Shown in pieces: positions 1 through 18,811 of a DNA stretch of 64,000 bases (position 1 is its first letter; the number at the start of each line of letters is the position of its first letter). Source of the stretch: the human T2T-CHM13v2.0 reference genome, Homo sapiens; assembly GCF_009914755.1 (NCBI RefSeq), contig NC_060925.1; one strand, written 5' to 3'. The translations under genes were made by a program, and so were the position numbers. Under the pieces are notes generated by a model. It made no database searches, had not been told where the DNA came from, and saw only the letters and a program-made list of their open reading frames with translations.

Positions 1-330
1 AGGACTACATTGATATTAGACTCAACAGAGTTCGGAACAAGAAATAGTATCAGAGATGAGAGATAGCAGATAATAGAATCATCAATTCTCAAGAAGATGT
101 AAACATCCTACTAATTAGGGTATGCAGCTAACAACAGAACCTCCAAATACATGAGGTAAAACAGGAAAGAAATCAAAGGTGAACTGGAAAAATCCAAAAT
201 TATATTTGCCGACATCAACACTTTTGTCTTAGAAATGGAAAGACTAGGCACTAACTCAGTAATCATGTGGAAGATAAGAACAACAATATCACCAACAAGA
301 CATCCAATCTTCAATGGCAGATACTCTTTC
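1..330 (+). mobile_element. Old LINE-1 (L1M-type) fragment, ORF2 endonuclease region, degenerate
   Basis: 'tatgcagctaacaacagaacctccaaatacatgagg...aaatccaaaattatatttgccgacatcaacac' resembles the L1 YAPN...IIVGDFNT-coding stretch; no open frame. Confidence 0.6.
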
Positions 331-394
331 CTTTCAAGTGAAAAAAAAAACAGTATGGCATATTCTCTAACAAACCCAGAATTTCTAATATTTG

Positions 395-996
395 CGTTCT
401 TCCTTCTTTCTTTCCATCTTCCTTTCTCTTCCCTTCCCTTGCCTTCTTCCTTTCTTTTCCTCTTCCTTTTTTCTTTTTTCTTTACCTTTCTTTCTTTTCT
501 TTCTTTTTTCTCCTTCCTTCCTTCTTTCCTTCTTTCTTTCCTCTTATTCTTCCTTCCCTCCTCCCTCCCTTCCTTTCTCCCTCACGTTTCTCCCTTCTTT
601 TCTCATATTCTTTCTTTCTTTCCTTTTTTCTCCCGCCCTCCCCCCCTCCTTTTCTTCCTTCCTCCCTCCCTTCCTTTCCTCTTTTTCCTTCCTTCCATCG
701 CCTCTTTATTTTCTTTGATTCTGTTCCTTCCTCCCTTTTACCATTCTCTCTTCCTCCTTTCCTTCCTCCCTTCTTTCTTTCTCTCTTTCTCTCTTTCTTT
801 CTTTCTTTCTCTCTTTCTTTCCTTCTTTCTTTCTTGTGTTCATGCTTTCTTTTCTCTCCCTTCCTGCCTTTCTCCCTTCCTCCCTCCTCCCCTTCCTTCC
901 CTCATTTCCTCCTTCTTTTCTTTCTTCTTTCTTTATTTCCTTCCTTCCTTCTTTCCTTCCTTCTTTTTCTTTCTTTGTTTTCTTTTCTTTCTCTTT
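395..996 (+). repeat. CT-rich low-complexity polypyrimidine tract (CTTT/CCTT/CCCT mix)
   Basis: About 600 bp of almost pure C/T on the + strand; the Phe/Ser/Leu/Pro ORFs over it are compositional artefacts. Confidence 0.95.
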
Positions 997-1087
997 ACTA
1001 CAATTAATATTATTTTAAAAAAAATTAAGAGAGAGAGACAGAAAAATAAGGAATGCTTTAATCTGCAGGTAAACAGATCATGTCTGC

Positions 1088-1900
<813 letters not shown>

Positions 1901-2897
1901 GAGGAAGTTTATATTGTAATTGTATCATGAAAATGAGAGCCATAATTTACAACTGCTTTTAATACTGCACTTGGATGTTTGAAAGCACGTACATGGAAAT
2001 GATCTCTATGTGCATGAGGGAGGATAGCAAATTGATGCCAAAATAATGCAAATGCAAATCTTACACTCATTTCTATGTAGGTTTCATTTAATCTTTGAAA
2101 TTAAAATGAAATTAAAAGATTGTGATCTTTTGATGAAATTAGACTAAAATGAACAATAACAAAATAAGAACTTACTTATATTCTTTATATGGTCAGTAAA
2201 GAAGTGATAGTGGAAAAAAAGAAGATCAAATGAAGGTGATGATGTAGGAAGTTGGAAAGATAGCTGAAACTACAAAATGGTATATAACCAGTGAACCCTT
2301 AGACACACTGATTGATGAACTTCAGCTTTTGGCTTGGTGAGAGCATAAAATGAGAGCAGCTGAGGTTTGCCAATTTGTAATCTCCTTGTGGAAAAACAGG
2401 GGAAAACACATCTCAGCCTAATAAGATTTATCTACTAAAGAGTCTAGACTTGATCCATTTGTCCTTGTAATTCAAAAGCTAATTCAAATACTGATTTGAT
2501 GTATTGTGTGAACAACCATTGCTGATTATCATCGCATACCTGGCATTCTCTTGTATCTGATATCTAAAATATTTGGTAATTCCTGGACTTCCTATTTTCA
2601 AACCCAGGACGGTTTAATTTGAGTCTTAGCACATTTGTCTTTGAGAAATTCTTCCCTCTATTGCATCTGTGAATGGGCATAGCATGGTTACATACATACT
2701 TTCACTCCATAGAACATTTGTTAAATTAAAGCCAAAGTTTAAAGCAAGAGCTTTAACTTACTGGTTTTACTAATGGTTTCCTCCCCAATAGCCACAACAA
2801 TATTGATACCCTCACACCTTTTAACATAAAGCTTGGTGTTGTCTATTTTTCAGGTGCTGTCATCTATATGATCTCAGTATTTTAAAAATCAGCTTCC

Positions 2898-3190
2898 ATC
2901 CCGTATGGTGGTTCATTCCTGTAATACCAGCAGTTGAAGAGGCTGAAATGAGAGGATTCCTTGAGCCCAGGAGTTCACAAGCAACCTGGGCAACATAGCA
3001 AGACCCAGTCTCTATCAAAAGTTAAAAAAAAAAAAGTGGGCATGGTGATGTGCACCTGTTGTCCTAGCTATTTGGGAGGCCAAGGTGGAAGGATTGCTTG
3101 AGCTTAGGAGGCTGAGGCTACAGTGAGCAGTGATTGCACCACTGCACTCCAGCCTGGACAACAAAGCAAGACCCTATCTCAAAAAATATA
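2898..3190 (+). mobile_element. AluJ-type element, diverged
   Basis: 'ttgagcccaggagttc...ctgggcaacatagcaagacc...ggattgcttgagc...cactgcactccagcctgg'; J-type diagnostics. Confidence 0.9.
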
Positions 3191-4779
3191 TATACTAAAA
3201 ATGAAAATCAGCTCTCATTGATTTCTATGTAAATATGCACAGGTGATGTCCATATAGACATAAATAAAAATATTTCTGACAATGGGTCCATATGATCTTC
3301 AAAATGTAAAATGCCTGTCTGTGTAATTGACTGGTTAGTCTCATTAATGAATACAGATTCAATTCTACTTTCTTGTTCTAGATAAATTATATAATCTAGC
3401 TTTCATTTCACATATTTACTGATAACAACAGGAAGAATGACAAGATATCTATTTTGGAAAATTACTCTGGTAGGAGTAGATGAAACAATGATAGAATTGA
3501 ACGGAAAACTAGAAAAAAGTATGGCCTTCTGATATTCTATCACATCACATACTAAAGGCCTCATAAAACTCAGATATTTTATCTAAAAATGTTATTTTCA
3601 TCATAGGAATGATCAAAGCATGAGACCGCAGTTGTATTAAAATGTGCTTGTATCACAAGCACAGGTGCTGAAAAGGAGGGGAAACATCCTTACTGATATT
3701 TTCAACGTATGTTTTACTTTTCATCAACATGAACCTCAGCTTGATATGATGCAGATTGAAGGAAATCACCCATAATTCCATAGGAAGAAGGCCTGTGATA
3801 TTTTATGGGAAAATAAATAGAGAAAATGCTAATAGAAACTCTGTTAAGCATGAAGCTTTGTGGAGCAAACACAAATCCAGTGGTGAAAGATACACACTCG
3901 AGATCTGTTTGTTGTCTTGGAACAATACGGTTTAGAGGTGACTGGCGGGTGACGAGAACATATGCGAGTTCACCTAAGAGAAAAGCTGAATGAGGCAATG
4001 CCTCTTCCTGACCATATCTCTTACTCAGATAACTATAGAATTTATTGTCCAGTAAAGGGTATATTAAAAAATCATATTAAAAGTCATACAGTGAAGTTGT
4101 CCAGGGAAATCAAGACTTAACAGTCTCACTCTGACAATAATGAACAGGGGGATTCCCTCAAGATAGACTAGGACATGACCCCACACTGGCAGGTAGTAGT
4201 ACCAGAAAAGAACGCATGGAAAATCTTTACCTTATGCTTGAGGTAGGGACCAGGCTAAAGTGAAGGCCAGACCTAAAATTCTATCTAAAATAAATCCACA
4301 ATCGAAGAAAATATGTGGTGTACAGGTATAGAATGTCTTTACTGGATCATTGAAATAGTAAGATAAATTCAACTTTTTACATTGTTTTCTTTTCCTCCAG
4401 TTAGGGCTTGAGCTTCGTCTCTGGAGAGTGACTGTCAATTGGAGCCCTGCCTTTCTGGGTTTCTGGCCAGGGGGTTGTGGATGCTTAACATGTGCCTTTC
4501 ACAGGACACTTCCTTACCCCAGCAGTGGCCAGGTGTGCATCCCACGACCAGGCCTCCCTCTCACGGAACATCTGTTGAGACTAGGAGATGCCTGGAGACT
4601 GTTGCCTGACCTGTGTCCTGTGTATTTCTGACAAGAGCCACTCTCAGAGACCCTGGCCAGGAGGAGAGTTAGGTTCCAGTGTAGGTCAGCTCAGACACAT
4701 GGAGGCCACAGAAGCAAACATGGGAAATCACAGAAGTAGGTTTATTACTCACAGATCCAGAGAGAAGAGGGTAGCTGAG

Positions 4780-5122
4780 AAGAGGGTTTAGCTGTGTCCC
4801 CAGCCAAATCTCATCTTGAATTCCCACATATTGTGGGAGGGAACAGGTGGGAGGTAATTGAATCATGGGGGCAGGTCTTTGCCATGCTGTTCTTCTGATA
4901 GTGAATAAGTCTCACAAGATCTGATGGTTTTATAAAGGGGAGTTTCCCTGCACAAGCTCTCTTGTCTTGTCTGCTGCCATGTGAGACGTGCCTTTCAGCT
5001 TGCGCCATGATTGTGAGACCTACCCAGCCATGTGGAATTGTGCATCTATTAAACCTCTTTCTTCTGGAAATTACCCAGTCTTGGGCATGTCTTTACCGGC
5101 GGTGTGAAAATGGACTACTACA
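4780..5122 (+). mobile_element. THE1 (THE1B-like) solo LTR, ERVL-MaLR
   Basis: 'gctgtgtccccagccaaatctcatcttgaattcccac...gtgaataagtctcacaagatctgatggttttataa...gtgaaaatggactactaca' matches the THE1 LTR end to end. Confidence 0.9.
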
Positions 5123-6619
5123 GTAGCACACCTCATGGGGCTGAACAAAATAGGGAAGATGAGTGGGGAGCAGGAGAGAGAAAAGGGGTCTGTGGGACTC
5201 CAGCCTTTATTGGGCCCAGAACATTACCCAAATAAGTTCTCCACGGGGCACTAGTCGGTGGGGTGAGTTCCAGCAGGCATATTTCTTGACTCCCGCTGCA
5301 ACCGAGCAGGTCACTCTGGCGTGTGGGGGCTGTCCATGTGCGCTGTGAGGTCTGTGGGGTGAGTCACGTAGGTTGTATCCAACGGTTCCATAGCTGGCAG
5401 TCACTAGGAGGAGACAACTGTGTAGGGTCAATATCTGGGCCAACCACACTGAGGAACTGTGAGGGTTAGAACTGGAAATTGTCAAGGGAATCCGAACCCA
5501 TCTACCATATGAGAGAGTTCAACTTATGTTCAATGTGAATGCCATGGCAATATTAAAAGTTAAGAATTCGATCCATACGTCCTTGAGGTAAAGAGGAGAA
5601 ACCTAGAATTTATGTAAACAGTGAGAAGATTGGATGCGTTTTCCGTCTCATATTTTAATACTAGCAGTATATTATATATCTCAATCCATCAGGCATTCAG
5701 AAATACATGCTTATGTAAAATTTTTGCACCATCAGACAAAAGACAAGGGTAGAAGACATTTGTAACCCTATAAACACTAGTAAATTAAAAACAGAAGGAC
5801 CTTTATGTCCTAACATATCTGTGTTGTGAAAGGCTGCCCTGTGAAATACGGGATTTCTTAAACATATTTTAAAAATTATAGGTGTCAATATTTTTTAGAA
5901 ATCCATTTAAATTTTCTCTTGCTATTTTACAATGCCTATTTATTTATTTAGTGGCTCTGCTGATTTTGATGTATATCCTAAACTTTACATTTTCTTTAAA
6001 GGATTTTTTATACAACTTGATGTAAAATGTTTCAGTTTCTTCACGTTCTCTCCCTGTCCTTTTGTTTTGCTCTTATATGGTGGTCTTGAGTCTTTTCTCT
6101 GGCTTTTCAAGCCTAGTAAGACTAAGACACTAAAGGAACTTTGCCCTTGGTTTGGTAATGCCTTCCAAAGCACATCCTAAGCTTTCGTGCATACAGGGGT
6201 CTCCTTTGAGCTCTGTGCTTTTGAGATCCCATATACCTAAATTCCAGTACTCCAAATCAGTACTGCTCAGTTTTACTGACTAAGTTTAAAAATGTATTTT
6301 AATAGCAAGTTAGTTTAGTGCACCCTTGCTTCTTTCTTGACTGATTGTATACATGTATATTCCTTTAAACGTATCTTGGAATTTATTTAAAAACTTTAAA
6401 TTATACTAATGAAACTGTATATTGTTGTGAATTCATAAGTGAATTTTAGAAGAATTTGTCTTTAGGATACTAAGTCCTTTTTATCCAAGAATCATATATG
6501 TCCTTGTATTTATTCCAGTCTATATCACTGAGTAAATATATAGAAATGTGGATACATACAGCTGTAGTTATAGATACAAATATAGATATAACATGCTAAA
6601 TCTATATCTATCCCATATA

Positions 6620-6662
6620 ACATATATACATGTTATATGTGTGTGTGTATATATATATATGT
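6620..6662. repeat. (TG)n(TA)n microsatellite
   Basis: 'tatgtgtgtgtgtatatatatatatg' is directly visible. Confidence 0.8.
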
Positions 6663-7444
6663 TTATGTTATTAAAGAGCTCCCTTAAAATTTTTCTTTTA
6701 TTTCCCATATAATTTTAGGTCGAGCTTGAATTTTCCTTGTATAAACAAGCAAATATTTATACTAGTTTTAATACTGATGTTTAGACATTGTATCTTATTT
6801 TAGCATTGTACATTTTCACAATTATTATAAATATTATCTAATATTAATAATGTACCTGTTAAAATATTTAAAATTTTACCTTTGAATTATTTTATTATTG
6901 AATTAAAATTCCTTTAATATGATAGTCAATTTCTATTTTATGCTTTCTCTATGCATATACAAATTAATTGATCCACTTCTCTATCTCTATGTAGTAACAT
7001 ATGAAAATCAGGCCTCTCTTCTTCTAATGGACATACACATGTTTTCATACAGAATATCAGACCCTTTATAGCATTTAAAATCTTTAAAGACATGAATATT
7101 GCCTTTTAACGAATATATTTTAGCATATACTGTGAATCCCCTATTTATTTTTCATTTGGGCTAATTAGTATGATTATTAATATTATTGGATTAACAAATT
7201 TGGAAACACATTTTCATCCCCAAGGTGGATATTTGTTTTTTTTTTTTTTTTGTCAATTTCTTGTCTTACTGTTTCAAATATCGTTGGATATTATTTTTAT
7301 TTTATTTGGCATTTTAGTATCAACATTTGTAATTGAGGTACTCTACATAATTTTTCTTCAATATCTGGTGGGTTTTATAATTACTGCTATATTGGATTTG
7401 TAGTAGACATTGACAAAAATTATTCCTGTATGTTTTATAGCTGT

Positions 7445-7995
7445 ATGAGGGAAACTAATATATTTTACCCCTAAATATATTTCCTTGATATATATCAAAA
7501 TGGCTATTGAGAAGGGCTGGAAATGCAAAGTTAGCTGCAAAGCTGTCTTGGGGAGGAGATTTGCATCGGTAGAGAATCTGCCTTGATGCAGCCAGGCTTT
7601 CTCTGAGGTCTGCACCCTTGTCTGGATCTAGGGAAGTTTAACTGAGAGTCTGAGGTCTCCAAAGCTCTGAAAGAAACATTTTCTGTCTATTCTCTCTGAG
7701 GACTGCTCCCAGTGAGGTTCCACCTAGGTAATAAGTCCACTGTTGCTCGCCAGGGTCATTTTCTCACATAACCTTTCCTTTTTTTTCCCTGTGATCCAAG
7801 ACCCCATTCTTTTTGTAAACTTCATGTGGTAGATAATCTTCTGCACGCATCGTGTGTCCGGGTCTTCGTTCTAAGGGTTCCAGTGTGCACACATTGCAGA
7901 AACCTGTATGCCTTTTCTACTATTTATCTGCCTCCTATTAGTGATTTTCAGGGAAACTTCAGAAGGCAAAAGGGACATTCTCCTTTAGCCCATTC
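7445..7995 (+). mobile_element. ERV1-class solo LTR (MER34/MER39/LTR29-like group)
   Basis: 'ttttacccctaaatatatttccttga...ggagatttgcatcggtagagaatctgcc' and 3' end 'gtgattttcagggaaacttcagaaggcaaaagggac'; subfamily uncertain. Confidence 0.65.
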
Positions 7996-8224
7996 TCAGA
8001 CAAAATCTCCCAACATTTAACTGATTCCTAATAGCTTAAAATCACTTTGAAAAATCCATATATTTATAACCTTTTCTTCCCTCTATGATTTCTGGTCAGC
8101 TTGGGTTTTGTTTTTCATTCCATTTACTTCATCCTCGAAAAGATCTATTTTACGTCTATTTATTCTCATTTATGGACATTGAGAAAAGAAAATAACTTTC
8201 ATGTGAGAAATGCAAGTCCTTTGA

Positions 8225-8632
8225 AATAATCAGGCCCAGAGAGATATTCAAATGACACAGCAGTTCTGTCCTGCTCCTCTTTGTGCTGTGTGTTCATCTA
8301 GGCTGCTTGCTGTTGCCACGGTAGCTATAAATTAACCAATAACGCCACACCAGCCACTATAATCCACACCCGATAATAGTGTAACAGTGTATAGCCAGTC
8401 ACTAATAAATGTTATTTCCATAAGCCAATGAGAATTTGTGACAAACCTCTTTGCATCATCCTACTTTTGGACCCTTTTGTGCCTTTAAGAAACTGCTTGT
8501 TGCAAAGCTCCAAAGGGAGTTCATATCCAAGGATACTTGGGTATGTTTCTTCCAGGCAGTTGTCTTCATTGTGGCTCAAGTAAACTCTTTGAATTACATT
8601 TTGTGCTTCAGCCCCTTCCACTTAGATTAACA
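8225..8632 (+). mobile_element. ERV1-class LTR fragment (MER31/MER67-like)
   Basis: 'aagccaatgagaa...ccaggcagttgtcttcattgtggctcaagtaaactctttgaattacattttgtgcttcag...agattaaca' is an LTR-type 3' end. Confidence 0.5.
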
Positions 8633-8747
8633 ACATGGATTTGTGTCACCATGTACAGCAATTAAAATGCTTACACTTTTCCCCTCGAGGGCACTGATGT
8701 GTTTTCCTGAGCACTTGGAATAGCTACGTAGTGTTTCCTGTCTAGAT

Positions 8748-8932
8748 TATGGTTTCTCAACCTTGGTGCTACTTACCTTTAGGACCAGAGGATTCTTTGT
8801 TGTGGGAGGCTGCCCTAGCAATGCTAGGGGTTTCGTTTGACCTCTAAATTTCACACCTCCACCAGTCTTGACATCCCCACAATAACCCTAGACATTGACA
8901 AATGTCTCCTGGGGAAAACTCTCCACCAGTTG
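8748..8932 (+). mobile_element. MER20 (hAT-Charlie) fragment
   Basis: 'ggtttctcaaccttggtgctac...ttctttgttgtgggaggctgccct...agacattgacaaatgtctcctgggga'. Confidence 0.7.
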
Positions 8933-9911
8933 ACAGGCAAAGTTCTGGAAATATTGGAATTGTCAATTGAGATTTTATGTTATCCAAAACAAATATTTTT
9001 CTTTCTTTTTAAACATCTACTTCCATCTACTTATCTACTTATTTTTACTTTTATTTGTAACTTAATTCGATCAAGGAGAGAGAGTGCATTTTCTGTTATG
9101 CTAAATTTTTGAAGAATGTATTGATTTTTTATGACCTGATATATGGATGATATGTAGATATTACATGTTTGTATTATCAAATTTCAGAGTGATAAAAAAA
9201 TAAATACTTATAATATTTATATTGTCACTGTATATTAGTTATTTTCTTTCTTCACTACAGGAGTTTTTCAACCTATAGGCTATTTTTCAATTCTAGGTTA
9301 TCCAGTAGATTTTGAAATGTTATGATTAAATATCTACTTCTCAAGCATTCATCTTTGCAAATGAAACAATCCAGAGATCTTATAATACACATCATATAAA
9401 GGGCAGATTAGTCAATATATGGTTCAGAAATAATTATGTAATATTTATAAGAAAATTAAAAATTTAGATCCTTAACTCAGATAACAATAATCCAAATTAA
9501 AATTTGATTTCATTACATAATTTAAAATGACACCAGAATACTAGCAAAAGTGTAGATAAGTTTATATAATCTTTTTTAGCTGTAGGACTTTATTAGCATA
9601 AATTCAAATACAGGATCCAAAGTGAGATTGAGACCTATAGTCAAAGGTAGAAATGTACATATTATAGGGGCATGATTAAACTAATTTAAAGCATGATAAC
9701 ATGGAGAAATATTGCAAAACATACATTTTACTGAATTAATTGTTAATATCTAATCATTATGTGAGAACCAAATTAAAAAGTAGCTACACACGCACACACG
9801 CACACAAGTGCAATACTGTCAAATAAACGATGTTCAGCTACAATAGAAATCACACCTGTGTTTTCTCCACAGAAAAGATTAAAAGTCACAATAATATTTA
9901 TTGTACATACG

Positions 9912-10845
<934 letters not shown>

Positions 10846-12207
10846 GAAAAGACAATTATGTAGGTGACAAATAATATTTAGAGTGTAAGACGCTTTTTAA
10901 AGGTATATTTGCAATTTGTGTCAAAACATTTAAATATAAATTTGTTATTTTAACTATAAAATTTCAAATAATTTAAGCCAAATGCATAGCATATGCAGAA
11001 AATTTAGCAATATATCTATGTAGCACCTTACTGTGCATTACTGTAAACAGCCGTCTAATATAAAGAACTAAGGTAGCAGCTAATTTTCAAATAGCGCATT
11101 TTTTTCACAGACCTATTAAATAAGACAAATAACATTTAAACTTTATTTATAAATTTGCAGAATATGAGTTTTCAGCAGATGGCTTATTTGAGCAAATTCC
11201 ATCTTCACATTGTGCTATGCTTTTATGAGTTCCAGCTGTTAACGGACATTTTACTGCTGAAACTATCATGTGTGATATAATTGCTCATTATGTGCCTTAA
11301 AACACAAGGAATATAATTATTTTCAACTTGGAGCAAATTAAAATCTTGTCAGCAATTTAAAATCTATAGAGTCGTCTTCTTCTGCTTAATTATTTTAAAT
11401 TTGTATTTTTCTCATTATGTTTTTAGTGAGTTCTCTTATCAAGGAGAATAACTCAAGCTGATTATTCTTTTTTTTCTCTTCCATCCACCTCGCAGGTGTG
11501 TTATTAATTGCATTTCTCAGAAAATGTTCTTTCATAGCCATCTTACAACATGAGAGACCTTTTAACATCTTCCATTCGGATGTGATACCACTAATGGAAA
11601 ATATTCCAGCTTTATGAATACGGTGATACAAATAGTTATCCGTCTAACCTCTTTCAGTGCCAAATGTTTACTATACTCAGTGAGTTACTCAGTTGACTGG
11701 TAATTTCTTCTGAAATCACTAATGAGAGGATCAGAGGTCTGGCTGTTGTCTGTACCTCATATGACTCCCAGTGCAGACAATTGTTTCTATGGAGCAAAGA
11801 CAGTTGAAAGGATTGACCTCCTGCATAGAATAATTTCTGCTGTGCTTCTTATCCTTCTTGTGGAGATTTCAGATTACCTGAATTGCTTTTCTATCTTAAG
11901 AAAAAATGCAACAATTCTCCCACCTGAGAGGAATGTAAACTGTAGTAAGTTAGCAGAACTAATCCGTAAAGTTTTTACATTGTTTGTTGCAAAATGCAGC
12001 GCTGGTGTCTCCATCAATAACCTTTTCTATCCCTCATTGCTCTTTCTTTGACTGCAATAGGATACCTCTAGGCAAATCTGTATTCCCGAGACAGAGTGCC
12101 CTTTTGGTGAGCTATAAGCACACTCAATGGTAGGCTGAAATACTAGTTTTTATCTATGGCGAAATGGAATCATATCAGTGATTTTCTTAAAAAGGAAATT
12201 TAATTTT

Positions 12208-12320
12208 TGCTATGGTTTGAATGCTTGTCCCTTCCAATCTCATGTTAAAATTTGATCCCCAATGTTGCAGGTGGGGCTCTCTGGGAGGTGTTTGGTCATG
12301 GGGTTGGACCTTCATGAATG
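12208..12320 (+). mobile_element. MST-type MaLR LTR 5' fragment
   Basis: 'tgctatggtttgaatgcttgtcccttccaatctcatgttaaaatttgatccccaatgttgcaggtgggg'. Confidence 0.65.
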
Positions 12321-13769
12321 CATAATATCCTCCCTTAGGAATCTAAAGCTATCCTCCCTCCTCGGTGCCCTCAGGAATGAGTGTACTATTCTTTATTCAT
12401 CTATAATTGCCCCACCCATCCTTTTTGAGATATTAATTACATGTATGTTACACTGCTGCATATTGTCTGACGTATCAGTGAGTTTCTAGCTTTCTTATTT
12501 TAGTTTACCCTTTGTCCTTTAGTTCGTAAAGCTTCTATTTTTTTCTATAAATTTTCTGATGTTAGGGTAAAATCCATTACTTATTCTATCTCATGGAATT
12601 TTTATTTCAAATATTTATTTTTCATCTATACATGTCACATTTTTCATTTTATAACTTCTATTTTTCTCCTATGTTCAATTTTCATTTTAGTACCTTGACA
12701 TATATATGTATTTACCTATATGTATTTGTAAAATATATTTACGGTAAGGACCTTGAAATTTTCTTCTTTTCTGTCATTTATAAATGACTTATTTTTATCC
12801 TGTTAGTATATATCTTAATTATATATATCTTACGGCTTCTTTGCATGTCAGAGTTTTTTTTTTTTGGGGTATTTTGATGTTATGCTCTTGAATATCTAGA
12901 TTTTATTGGCTACCTTTGAACAATGTTGTGGCAGGCAGATCAGTATCTTCAGGATGAGTATTTGTCTGTTGTTGTTTTAAATCTTCTCTTTAAACTTTGT
13001 GGAGTTAGTCTAGAGCCATCTGTAATTTGGAGCTCAATGAGCACTGTTACTAGGGTATGAACCTCCAGTGGTCTTTACTGAATATCCTGGAGGTACAGAG
13101 GGAATTCCCTTCTCTGGCTGGTCAGAGCTAACGTGTCTTCCTGTCATGTGATGCCAGGGAATTATTCTTCTTCCAACTCCCTGGTAGAGTCCTTTGCTGA
13201 GCTCCTTAGAATTTCATCCTATGTACATTTGGCTTAGGGACTTGGGAGAATCCTTAGGCTAAATCTTGGTTCCTATTTCTTTAAACATTCTCTTCTACTA
13301 CACATTCCAGCTGCTTAACCTTTTTTGATTTTTATCTGGTTCCTCAGTGCAATGACAATGTCTGCTCTCTCTGGGATTCCTCTCTACTGCTGTCACGGAG
13401 AATCTGGGAATAAAGCAGGACTCATTCTGGCTCCGTCTCTTCTCTTGCAGAGCACAGTCCTGTGCTGTCTGATGTTCAGTACTTCAAAAAAATGTTTCAT
13501 ATATTTTGTCCAGTTTACTATTCTTTAACTCTAAAAGTTTAACTCCAGTCCCAGTTACAGCATCATGTTCTGTAACTCTACTCCTTGTTGCTTCATTCTG
13601 CCATTGTCTTGTATGATCTCTCCTTTCCCTTCTGTAATCAGGCCAAGAGCATAATATAATACTAGTTATAACTGCACAGGTTGCCTCCGTTGTGTAAGAA
13701 AATCACTGAGACTTAACTGTGTCCAACTTTTAAAATGTGAATATAAGTACAACTAAAGCTATATTTTGG

Positions 13770-14687
13770 TTAATATTTGCATTGCATGCTTTTCCATTAT
13801 TTACTTTCAACATATGTGAAATATGAATATAAATTATAAAAACTTTAAGAGAGCCCATTTAAAAAATCTGGTCTGGTTATGTTTTACCTGGTTTAATACA
13901 ACGTGCATTCTTGAATTCAGAGTCTAATATAATTGGTACATATGTCTATTTGGAGAAAAAAAATACTTGACAATATTTTAAAATTAATTTATCCAACTCA
14001 CAACTTATATGCTTCTGCTGTTGTATGGAAGATACATTTTAAACTTTATGAGATAGCATTCTGTTATACAGTCAATATCCAATTAAATTTATCTCTATGT
14101 TTATTTCTTTCATTAAAAAATAGTTCTTCTAACTGCAAACTTTCATCAGGGATCATGGCTCTTCTACCTGAAGAATAATCTTTAGTATTTCTTTTCCTGA
14201 GGGTCTGCTTGGGAGAAATTCTTTATTGTATCTTTGCTTTTGATGGATATGTCCACCAAGTAGACAGTTCTAGGTCAGCACTTATTTTATTTCAGGACTT
14301 GAAAGATATCAATACCTCACTTGTTGGCTTTCGTTGTTTCATTTGAGAAAGTTGTTATCAGTCAACTCTTTCTCTTTGTAGTTAGCCCAATTTTTTTATC
14401 AAGTGCTCTTTACATTTTTCTTTTACTTTTCAGAAATTGTCCCATTATGTTTCTAGATGTGTCCTCTGTGTGAGTTTTCCTTTGCTTTGAAAAGCCTCCT
14501 GAACCTGTCGTTTAATATTATTGGTCAATTTTGATAAAACCTCTAACATTGCCACTTAAAATGCTGTTCAGACAAGCTGTTTTCTCCTTCTTAGATTTCA
14601 ACGTGTTAGATTATTACTCTATCCTTCATATTTTTTAAATGACCTTTCTCCACAATTTTTTTAGTTGGTTAATCTGTATTAGTGTAT
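13770..14687 (-). mobile_element. Old L1M fragment (ORF1/inter-ORF region)
   Basis: T-rich L1 antisense signature, e.g. 'tttagtatttcttt...ggtctgct...aattcttt...gttctaggtcagcacttatttt...ttgagaaagttgttatcagtc'. Confidence 0.5.
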
Positions 14688-14923
14688 ATTTTGTTATTTT
14701 ATTCTATTTTATTTTATTATTATGCCTTAAGTTTTAGGATACATGTGCACCATGTGCAGGTTTGTAACATAAGTGTTCATGTGCCATGTTGGCGTGCTTC
14801 ACCCATTAACTCGTCATTTAGCATTAGGTATATCTCCTAATGCTATCCCTCCCCACTCACCACACCCCACAACAGTCCCCGAAGTGTGATGTTCCCCTTC
14901 CTGTGTCCATGTGTTCTCATTGT

Positions 14924-18748
<3,825 letters not shown>

Positions 18749-18811
18749 TATGATGTTAGCTGGTTATTTTGCTCGTTAGTTGATGCAGTTTCTTCCTGGT
18801 CTCAATGGTCT

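Noticed and set aside
4232-4290. Possible 54-nt minus-strand exon (ttttag...AAG|gtaaag)
   Set aside because: Splice-like motifs only, with no recognisable product; such motifs arise by chance in AT-rich DNA.
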